Shown: positions 45,793 through 53,305 of the stretch, piece after piece | Position numbering within the stretch: the first letter of the stretch is position 1 | Layout of the letters: every line of letters begins with the position of its first letter | Origin: Eubacteriales bacterium | Lineage (GTDB): Bacteria; Bacillota; Clostridia; Oscillospirales; CAG-272 | NCBI GenBank assembly: GCA_045533675.1 | Contig: JAZSIF010000001.1 | Span: 18,980-82,979, forward strand | DNA: 64,000 bases | Direction: 5' to 3' | The notes under the pieces: generated by a model | What the model was told of the DNA's origin: nothing | Seen by the model: the letters and a program-made list of their open reading frames with translations, nothing else | The model's database searches: none | Made by a program: the position numbers and the translations under genes

Positions 45793-45823
45793 GCATCCCC
45801 GCATCCCCGCATCCCCGCGTCCC
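45790..45823 (-). repeat. octamer tandem array (CCGCATCC-type), G-tracts on the minus strand
   Basis: Plus strand CCC GCAT CCCC GCAT CCCC GCAT CCCC GCGT CCC. That is five C-runs with 4-nt spacers, between the AraC stop codon and repeat copy D-right. Confidence 0.8.
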
Positions 45824-45837
45824 TCGCGTCATCTCAA

Positions 45838-46806
45838 CTAACTCCCCCGCCGATAGCGGTTTGGGGTCACACCATAGCGTTTTTTAAATTCCTTGTGGAA
45901 ATAGCTGGAATTTTCGTAGCCCACGCGGTTCATGATCTCGCCCACGGGCATGGCGGTGGAGCCAAGGAGGGAGCGGGCGGTCTCGAAGCGTTCCCGCAGA
46001 AGGAGCTGTTTAAAGCTCTCTCCGAATTTTTTCTCGATCCAACGGCTCAGATAGGAGGGAGAAAGTCCCATCATAGCCGCCGCCTCGGTCAGCGTTGCGG
46101 TGCTATAAGAGGTCTTGATATAATTCAGGAGTCTCCTCTGCATCCGATCGGAATAGTGTTCGGCGGGAGGATGCTCCTCCCCTCCGAGGGAAACAAGGTA
46201 ACAAAGGAGCAGAGAAAGAGACTGGCGCAAAAGATATCCGTCGGTGTTGCCCTCACAGATCACCGTCCCCACAAGGGTCTCCATGAGATTGCGGACGGCA
46301 ATGCTCTCCTTGGCGGACAGCCGAAGATAGGAAAGCCCCTCACGGTCCAGGAGCGAGGCAAAGGTTGCCGTGGGAAGAGGCGATCCCTCCCCCATACCGC
46401 GAAGCAGCTGCTCAAAGAGATCGGAAGAAATGATCAGATTCACACCGATGTCGTCCGCACCCGTTTCCAAAACCGAATGCTCGGTATGTCTGCCAAAGAG
46501 GATCAGCTCGTCGGTATCCAAGGGAATCCTCTCGCCCCCCACGTCGTGGGTAATGCATCCGTGACAGACGTACATGATCTCGATAAAATCATGAGAGTGA
46601 GTGGGAAAGGAGCGAAAGCGAGGGTGCATCCGCAGACAGACGGGCGCAGTCTCCTCTCCCGAAACCAGATGGGACACCTTGCGGCGCTCCACGATAAACC
46701 GACCCGATTTCCCGTAAAGATTACGGGGGGTGGGGTTCTGTTCCACCAAAATATATTGTTCCTCCTCGGTCAGGTGCGAAAGCTGTTCCAGAATCCTTGC
46801 GTCCAT
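45838..46806 (-). CDS. AraC-family regulator (cupin sensor plus HTH), probable rhamnose regulator
   Basis: FPTHSHDFIEIMYVCHG (cupin) and a C-terminal AraC HTH (GYENSSYFHKEFKKRYGVTP). It is divergent from rhaBA. The start is at MDARIL (GGGAGGAG upstream). Confidence 0.85.
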   Translation of the reverse strand: MDARILEQLSHLTEEEQYILVEQNPTPRNLYGKSGRFIVERRKVSHLVSGEETAPVCLRMHPRFRSFPTHSHDFIEIMYVCHGCITHDVGGERIPLDTDELILFGRHTEHSVLETGADDIGVNLIISSDLFEQLLRGMGEGSPLPTATFASLLDREGLSYLRLSAKESIAVRNLMETLVGTVICEGNTDGYLLRQSLSLLLCYLVSLGGEEHPPAEHYSDRMQRRLLNYIKTSYSTATLTEAAAMMGLSPSYLSRWIEKKFGESFKQLLLRERFETARSLLGSTAMPVGEIMNRVGYENSSYFHKEFKKRYGVTPNRYRRGS

Positions 46807-46977
46807 TTCTCTCCTCCCTTTCCCTCTTTTCTTCATTCTACCACAAATTTGGTTGGAAATCAAGTTATAAATGTCAAAAAAAGACATAAATGAAGTAAAA
46901 AAACGACCTTATTTTTCCAGAACATGTATGTTACAATATAGATGTATAAAATTTAAACCATGATAGGAGGACACACC

Positions 46978-48372
46978 ATGACCACATATTATCTTGCCGT
47001 AGATATCGGCGCATCCTCGGGACGGCATATTCTCGGTTGGATGGAAAACGGAAAAATTCAATTAGAGGAGATCTATCGCTTCCCCAACGGGACGAGCCTT
47101 AGGAACGGTCACCAATGCTGGGACCACCAGGGACTCTTCTCTCATATCGTAGCGGGACTCAAGAAAGCAAAGGAGATCGGAAAGGTTCCCTCCTACCTCG
47201 GAATCGACACCTGGGGCGTTGACTTCCTGCTCCTCGATAAGGCGGGCAAGGTCATTGGCGATTCGGTGGGCTACCGCGACAAGCGAACCGAGGGCATGGA
47301 CGCTGAGGTCTACAAGCTTCTTCCCGAGACTGAGCTTTACGCGCGCACGGGTATTCAGAAGCAGCTTTACAATACGGTATATCAGCTCATGGCACTGAAA
47401 ACGCAAAACCCCGAGCAGCTGGAGGCGGCAGAGACCTTCCTCATGATGCCCGACTATCTGAACTACCGTTTGACGGGTGTGGCGCATCAGGAATACACCA
47501 ACGCCACCACCTCTCAGCTTGTGAACATCGAGACAGGCGAATGGGATCTCGAGATCATTGAGAAGCTGGGCTATCCCACAAAGCTCTTCAAAAACAAGCT
47601 CTCCATGCCCGGTGAGGCGGTGGGCAAGCTTTCCCCCGAGATCGCCGCCGAAATCGGCTATGACCTGACCGTCATTCATCCCGCCTCCCACGATACAGGC
47701 TCTGCCGTTCTGGCGGTTCCCACCAACTCCGACAACGTGGCGTACCTCAGCTCGGGCACTTGGTCGCTGATGGGCATTGAGAGACTCGTTCCCGACTCCT
47801 CGGCAGAGGCTTGCGCCCACAACTTTACCAACGAGGGCGGCGTAAATCACCGCTTCCGCTTCCTCAAGAACATCATGGGACTGTGGATCATTCAGTCCAT
47901 TCGCAAGGAGCTGGGCGGTAAGTACACCTTTGCCGAGCTTTGCGACATGGCAACCGCGCTGGGCGATACCCCTTATCGCATTGACGTGAACGATCACAGC
48001 TTCTTAGCCCCCGACAGCATGATGGATGCCATCCGCGCTTACTGCAAGGCTCCCGAAATGCCTCTGGATCACATGTTGGTCGCCGTGTACCGAGGACTTG
48101 CCGAGTGCTATGCCGAGACCATCCGTGAGATCACCGAAATGACGGGCAAAGCACCTGACGCGCTCCACATCATCGGCGGCGGAAGCAAGGACGACTACCT
48201 CAACGAGCTGACCGCCAAGGCGCTGGGGCTTCCCGTTTACGCTGGCCCCACCGAGGCGACCGCCATCGGAAACCTTCTCGCTCAGATGTTAGGTACGGGT
48301 GTTTTCTCCTCCATCGCAGAGGCAAGAGAAACGGTATTCGCTTCCTTTGACGTGAAGAAGATCAATGCATAA
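46978..48372 (+). CDS. rhaB: rhamnulokinase
   Basis: YLAVDIGASSGRHILG, FGGY kinase layout. The start is set after AGGAGGA. Confidence 0.88.
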   Translation: MTTYYLAVDIGASSGRHILGWMENGKIQLEEIYRFPNGTSLRNGHQCWDHQGLFSHIVAGLKKAKEIGKVPSYLGIDTWGVDFLLLDKAGKVIGDSVGYRDKRTEGMDAEVYKLLPETELYARTGIQKQLYNTVYQLMALKTQNPEQLEAAETFLMMPDYLNYRLTGVAHQEYTNATTSQLVNIETGEWDLEIIEKLGYPTKLFKNKLSMPGEAVGKLSPEIAAEIGYDLTVIHPASHDTGSAVLAVPTNSDNVAYLSSGTWSLMGIERLVPDSSAEACAHNFTNEGGVNHRFRFLKNIMGLWIIQSIRKELGGKYTFAELCDMATALGDTPYRIDVNDHSFLAPDSMMDAIRAYCKAPEMPLDHMLVAVYRGLAECYAETIREITEMTGKAPDALHIIGGGSKDDYLNELTAKALGLPVYAGPTEATAIGNLLAQMLGTGVFSSIAEARETVFASFDVKKINA

Positions 48373-48403
48373 TTTTTGAATTACATATTAAAGGAGAACG
48401 ATC

Positions 48404-49648
48404 ATGAATCAGGAATACGCAATCGCGAAAGCGAAATTTGCCACACTTGGCATTGACACCGACAAGGTGATCAACGATTTAAAGGAAATTCCCGTATCTC
48501 TGCACTGCTGGCAGGGCGACGACGTAAAGGGCTTCGACTTTGACGGCGACCTGAGCGGCGGTATTCAGACCACGGGTAACTACCCCGGACGCGCGCGCAA
48601 TCCCGAAGAGCTGATGGCGGACATGGACAAGGTATTTTCTCTGGACGGCGGTAAGCACAAGCTCAATCTCCACGCTTGCTACGCGATTTTCGAAAAGGGC
48701 GAGTGGGCAGACCGTGACGCTCTCGAGCCCAAGCACTTCGCGAAGTGGGTCGAGTTTGCCAAGGCTCGCGGCATGGGTATCGACTTTAACCCCACCTTCT
48801 TCTCTCACCCCAAGGCAGACGGACTGACCCTGTCCTCTCCCAATGAGGAGATCCGCGCCTTCTGGGTACGCCACGGTCAGGCTTGCCTGCGCATTGCCGA
48901 GTATTTTGCCAACGAGACGGGTATTCCCTGTGTCATGAACGTATGGATCCCCGACGGATACAAGGACATTCCCGCCGACCGCTTCTCTCCCAGAGCAAGA
49001 TTCGCAAAATCCATGGATGAGATCCTTGGCATCGGCTACGACCGTGAAAAGGTTTTGGTCTGCCTGGAATCCAAGGTGTTCGGTATCGGTCTGGAATCCT
49101 ACACCGTCGGCTCCGCTGAGTTCGGTCTCGGCTACGTTCTCAGCCGCGGCATCGTTCCGCTGATGGACAACGGTCACTACCATCCCACCGAGATGGTGTC
49201 CGACAAGATCTCTTCCATGCTCCTCTTCTCCAAGAAGCTGGCGCTTCACGTGACCCGCGCCGTTCGTTGGGACAGTGACCACGTGATCCGTCTGGACGAC
49301 GAAACCAAGGAGATCGCCAAGGAGATCGTGGCAAGCGGAAGAATTGACGACATTGCCATCGCTCTCGATTACTTCGACGCAAGCATCAACCGCATTGCCG
49401 CTTGGACCATTGGTCTGCGCAACTTCCGCAAGGCGCTTCTCATTGCCATGCTGACACCCAATGCCGAGCTCGCGAAGCTCCAGAGCGAGGGTCGCTTCAC
49501 TGAGCTGATGATGCTTCAGGAGGAGCTGAAGGGATATCCTTGGGGCGCTGTTTGGGATGAGTACTGCGCACAGTGCGGCGTGAAGGGCGACGACTGGTAC
49601 GCTGAGGTCGCCGAGTACGAGAAGAACGTATTGGCGAAAAGAGCGTAA
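48404..49648 (+). CDS. rhaA: L-rhamnose isomerase
   Basis: 414 aa with SLHCWQGDDVKGF, HKLNLHACYA and NGHYHPTE. Confidence 0.92.
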   Translation: MNQEYAIAKAKFATLGIDTDKVINDLKEIPVSLHCWQGDDVKGFDFDGDLSGGIQTTGNYPGRARNPEELMADMDKVFSLDGGKHKLNLHACYAIFEKGEWADRDALEPKHFAKWVEFAKARGMGIDFNPTFFSHPKADGLTLSSPNEEIRAFWVRHGQACLRIAEYFANETGIPCVMNVWIPDGYKDIPADRFSPRARFAKSMDEILGIGYDREKVLVCLESKVFGIGLESYTVGSAEFGLGYVLSRGIVPLMDNGHYHPTEMVSDKISSMLLFSKKLALHVTRAVRWDSDHVIRLDDETKEIAKEIVASGRIDDIAIALDYFDASINRIAAWTIGLRNFRKALLIAMLTPNAELAKLQSEGRFTELMMLQEELKGYPWGAVWDEYCAQCGVKGDDWYAEVAEYEKNVLAKRA

Positions 49649-49649
49649 G

Positions 49650-49792
49650 GAGACGCGGGAACGCGGGAACGCGATTTTACGCTTTTTAGAAAAAAGCTTG
49701 GCAAAAACTTTTATACAAATTATGGTTTATGTTACATCACGTCCTACGCGTGGTGTACCGTGTAGCTGAATGTTTTTCTCTGAGGAAACCGA
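49650..49792 (-). repeat. intergenic repeat family copy E (octamers-T-M, inverted, hairpin lost)
   Basis: GACGCGGGAACGCGGGAACGCG, then CGCTTTTTAGAAAAAAGCTTGGCAAAAACTTTTATACAA, then ..GGTGTACCGTGTAGCTGAATGTTTTTCTCTGAGGAAACCGACC. It abuts the ATG of the next gene. Confidence 0.65.
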
Positions 49793-49794
49793 CC

Positions 49795-50577
49795 ATGTTT
49801 GATTTTCATTTACATACCACCGTCTCCTTTGACGGTATCAGCACCGCGAGGGATATGGCGCATACAGCCGCCGACCGAGGACTTTGCGAGATCTGCTTCA
49901 CCGACCATGCCGATTTTCTCTATGAGCGGGGCGGCACGCAGCTCTACGATCTCTCCGAATATTCCCGTGCCTATGACCATTTGGAGGTTCCCTCTTTGAC
50001 CATTCGTCGAGGGACCGAGCTGGGGCTTGCCGCGTGGAGCGTGGATGCCTCCGAGAAATTTCTCGCGGAGCGCCCCTACGATTTCGTCATTGGCTCGGTC
50101 CACTACACCGAGTTCGGCGACCCTTATTATCCCGCGTTTTGGGAGGGACGTTCGAGCAAAGCCGCCTTCCTTTGTTATTTAGAGGAGGTTTTGCGATGCG
50201 TCAAGCTCCATGAGAATTTTGACGTGCTCGGTCACCTGACCTACGTGTGCAAATCCGCTCACAATCCTACGCACGAGCCTGTGCGTTACGAGGATTTTCG
50301 TGAGATCACCGACGAGATCCTTCGCGTTCTCGTGAGAAAGGGTAAGGGCTTGGAGGTCAACACCAGCGGAGTGGACAAAGCGGGGGCGCTTCTTCCCTCG
50401 GAGAAATTCTTGCGCCGCTTCCGTGAGCTTGGCGGCGAGATCGTCACCGTAGGCTCGGATGCCCACGACGTAACCCGTGTGGGGCAGTATGTGGACGATG
50501 CCATGGAGCTTCTGCGGGACGTCTTCGGTTACGTCTGCACCTTTGCGGAAAGAAAGCCCATCTTCCATAAGCTGTAA
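49795..50577 (+). CDS. PHP-domain histidinol-phosphatase-family protein
   Basis: MFDFHLHTTVSFDG...CFTDHADF...GSVHY...LGHL...GSDAH, a PHP metal-ligand pattern. The track ORF start at 49729 lies inside the repeat and is rejected. Confidence 0.8.
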   Translation: MFDFHLHTTVSFDGISTARDMAHTAADRGLCEICFTDHADFLYERGGTQLYDLSEYSRAYDHLEVPSLTIRRGTELGLAAWSVDASEKFLAERPYDFVIGSVHYTEFGDPYYPAFWEGRSSKAAFLCYLEEVLRCVKLHENFDVLGHLTYVCKSAHNPTHEPVRYEDFREITDEILRVLVRKGKGLEVNTSGVDKAGALLPSEKFLRRFRELGGEIVTVGSDAHDVTRVGQYVDDAMELLRDVFGYVCTFAERKPIFHKL

Positions 50578-50622
50578 TAAATATTTTCTCAAAAATAAAC
50601 ACAGCGGGAGCAAGCCCCCGCC

Positions 50623-50656
50623 GAAAAAAGCCGAGTCGCTGTGACTCGGCTTTTTA
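50623..50656. terminator. bidirectional intrinsic terminator
   Basis: AAAAAAGCCGAGTC gctgtg GACTCGGCTTTTT, between convergent genes. Confidence 0.75.
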
Positions 50657-50670
50657 TTCTTCTTTATGCT

Positions 50671-50982
50671 TCATTCTTTTTTGGCTCTTGCTTCCGCTTT
50701 TGCCTTCTTGGTATCGTCAATGAGCTTGACCTGCGCCTTGATCTGACGGCGAACCTCGTCCAGCTCGTCAATGATGGGCGCAATCCGCTCCGCCATGGAT
50801 TCCTCGGTCTTGATCTGGCGGTAGGTCAGCTTGCCCAGTTCCTTATATTTCTTGTCACGCTTGATCTCCAGCGACTTCAGCTTGATCCGCATTGCCGCGC
50901 TGTCCGCAAGCTCCCCCGTGGTCTTTACGGCTTTGTCCGCCACCACCTTTACGTTTTCCTTGATCGCTTCCCAGTTTGCCAT
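50671..50982 (-). CDS. small coiled-coil protein, unknown function
   Basis: 103 aa from MANWEAIKENVKVVADK (AAAGGAG upstream), highly charged and helical. Confidence 0.5.
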   Translation of the reverse strand: MANWEAIKENVKVVADKAVKTTGELADSAAMRIKLKSLEIKRDKKYKELGKLTYRQIKTEESMAERIAPIIDELDEVRRQIKAQVKLIDDTKKAKAEARAKKE

Positions 50983-51099
50983 GATCGCTCTCCTTTCAAA
51001 ATACCCTTCTTTTCTATTATACAACAAAAAGATCGGCTTGTAAAGTAGGAGAATAAAAATTCTTTGATACGCAAATCCTAATCAAAAAAGGAAAAGAGG

Positions 51100-51561
51100 A
51101 TGTTTTCCATGCAGTTAGACAAGAAGGAATACGAAAAGTACGTAGCGGCACACGCTAAAAAATCCCCCCTTTTCAGGGATTCTCTGCGGGCATTCCTCGT
51201 GGGTGGCGGGATCTGCGCCACGGCGGAGGGGCTTTGCCGCCTTTATCAGATGACGGGAATTTCCAAGGAGGACGCGGGAACGTGGACCTCTGTCTCCCTC
51301 GTTTTTGTGGCGGTTCTTCTCACCGCCATCGGAATTTTTGACAAGATTGCCCGCTTTGCGGGGGCAGGTACCCTCGTACCAATTACGGGCTTTGCCAATG
51401 CGGTCGCCTCCCCCGCCATCGACAGCCGAGCCGAGGGAATCGTGCTTGGGATCGGCGCCAAAATCTTTACCGTGGCGGGTCCCGTCCTTCTTTACGGCAC
51501 GCTGGCGGGAACTCTCTACGGTGTGGTGTATTATTTTTGGGGGTTATTAGGGGTTAGTTAA
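51100..51561 (+). CDS. spoVAC: stage V sporulation protein AC
   Basis: AFLVGGGICATAEGL...GAGTLVPITGFANAV...AGPVLLYG. The start may instead be the ATG at 51109. Confidence 0.85.
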   Translation: MFSMQLDKKEYEKYVAAHAKKSPLFRDSLRAFLVGGGICATAEGLCRLYQMTGISKEDAGTWTSVSLVFVAVLLTAIGIFDKIARFAGAGTLVPITGFANAVASPAIDSRAEGIVLGIGAKIFTVAGPVLLYGTLAGTLYGVVYYFWGLLGVS

Positions 51562-51620
51562 GAAAACAAAAGAGACGCGTTTCGCGCTTTTTCAAAAGCG
51601 CGAAAAAAATCTCTTCCAAA

Positions 51621-52130
51621 CTAACCAACCTCCCTCTTCACCGCCTTCAGAAAGGAATTCCTGTCATGTGTCACACCCATGACCACGTATCGACCGGAGC
51701 GATAGATTGCGATCTCTTCGCCGAGGGGGGCGTGTTCGGTATGCCGAAGCGCCACCCTGAGAGTGTCCATACGGGACAGACACAAGGCATACACCCTTCT
51801 CGCGTGGTCCTTCGAGGGAGCGCGGAACACGGCGATCTCCAGGGGGACGGCAAAGGAAGACAGATACATGGAAAATTCACAGAGTCGGATGTCCTCCTCA
51901 CCCTCCTCGCCATACATCGCGCGCAAAAGCGCCGAAGGCGGATATCCCTTACTCCCCTCCTCAACCCCCGAACGGTAGATCTCCCCTTTTGGAAGAGCAT
52001 CCTCTTCTCCCATCAGCTCCGACAGGACCGTGTCGGGGCTTTCTTTATTTCGCGCGCACCCCACAAGCATGACCACCGCCGAAAGAAGCAAAAGACAGAA
52101 TCGGCAAAAATATCCCCGTTCCCTTTTCAT
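51621..52130 (-). CDS. putative lipoprotein
   Basis: Signal peptide with lipobox LLLLSAVVMLVGC. 169 aa. Confidence 0.6.
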   Translation of the reverse strand: MKRERGYFCRFCLLLLSAVVMLVGCARNKESPDTVLSELMGEEDALPKGEIYRSGVEEGSKGYPPSALLRAMYGEEGEEDIRLCEFSMYLSSFAVPLEIAVFRAPSKDHARRVYALCLSRMDTLRVALRHTEHAPLGEEIAIYRSGRYVVMGVTHDRNSFLKAVKREVG

Positions 52131-52176
52131 GGCTCTCCTCCGTTTTTTCTACCATTATACGGGGGGGAAGCCCCTT

Positions 52177-52758
52177 TTATTCCCGAACCCCCTTTCGTCC
52201 CGAAACCTGCCAAAGGGTCGCGGACAGAATGCGCATATCCGTAAAGAATCCCATCTGCCGCACGTAACGCGCGTCGTATGCAGCCTTTGTTCGGTCATCC
52301 AGCTCGTCTCTGCCCCGAATCTGCGCCAGTCCCGTCAACCCGGGGCGAATCCGATCCACACCGTAACGGTGGCGCATTTCGTGTATCGATTTTTCATGAG
52401 GGATCAGGGGACGGGGTCCCACAAGGCTCATGTCCCCCTTGAGTATGTTGAACAGCTGAGGAAGCTCGTCCAAACTGGAACGCCGCAAAAGCCGCCCCAC
52501 GGGCGTGACCCAATTTTTGCGGTCCCCCAGCTCTGAGGAGGGGCAATTTTCGGGTGCCCCCACCCGCATGGTACGAAATTTATAGCAAACAAAGAAATTC
52601 CCGTTTCTCCCTACTCGCTCCTGGCGAAAAATGACTCCCCCCTCGGTGCTCACAGATATCAAAAGAGCGATGATACCCATAGGAAGAAGCAAGAAAAAAA
52701 GCAAGACCGCCGAGAAAACAAGATCGGCTCCCCGCTTGAAGCCCGCATATCTTCCCAT
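52177..52758 (-). CDS. small bacterial sugar transferase (polyprenyl-phosphate hexose-1-phosphate transferase)
   Basis: FKRGADLVFS...KFRTM...DELPQLFNILKGDMSLVGPRP. The start is at MGRYAG (AAGGGGGTGG upstream). Confidence 0.88.
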   Translation of the reverse strand: MGRYAGFKRGADLVFSAVLLFFLLLPMGIIALLISVSTEGGVIFRQERVGRNGNFFVCYKFRTMRVGAPENCPSSELGDRKNWVTPVGRLLRRSSLDELPQLFNILKGDMSLVGPRPLIPHEKSIHEMRHRYGVDRIRPGLTGLAQIRGRDELDDRTKAAYDARYVRQMGFFTDMRILSATLWQVSGRKGVRE

Positions 52759-52836
52759 ATACCCACCCCCTTTTCCTTTAGGGTTTGCTCTTTTGGGAGA
52801 ATCATACAATAAATATTCCCCCGTAAACGGGTTAAG

Positions 52837-52862
52837 CAAAAAAGCCTTCCTCCGAGAGGAAG
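52837..52862 (-). terminator. terminator-like hairpin inside the sugar-transferase leader (possible attenuator)
   Basis: Minus strand CCTTCCTC tcg GAGGAAGG followed by CTTTTTTGC, about 80 nt upstream of the start codon. Confidence 0.45.
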
Positions 52863-53097
52863 GGGGACCGCTTGCGGTGGAAGGAGCCTGCGATATTTTA
52901 ACTTTTTCTCTCGCCTCGTCGCAACTGCTTGATTGACATTTCGCACTCTCCCTCAGTCAGCCTACATACTCCGCTTCGCTCCGTGGCAGGTTTGCTTTGC
53001 AAACATTGCGGCTGCCAGCTCCCTCCCGGAGGGAGCCTTTGACACAAAAACATTCTACACTATTTTTTTGTTTTCTGCTCATCGGCAAAGCCTCCAT

Positions 53098-53127
53098 AAA
53101 ACCCCGCCACTATGGCGGGGTTTTCGG
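53098..53127. terminator. GC-rich hairpin with flanking U/A runs
   Basis: AAAACCCCGCC actat GGCGGGGTTTT. Confidence 0.45.
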
Positions 53128-53263
53128 GATACAAAAACGTAGGGCGGGAGCAAGCCCCGCCCTACGGCGTTTGAAGGTTGCCGTTCGTTGTAGTGTCTCG
53201 TTTCCACTAAAGCTTGACAATGTCTTTGCGTGTCATTTTGAACACAGACCCGCAAAGCATATG

Positions 53264-53293
53264 AAAAAGGATCGATTCACTCGATCCTTTTTT
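53264..53293 (-). terminator. intrinsic terminator after the activase/dehydratase-like operon
   Basis: AAAAAGGATCGA ttcac TCGATCCTTTTTT. Confidence 0.7.
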
Positions 53294-53305
53294 GATATAC
53301 CTTCC

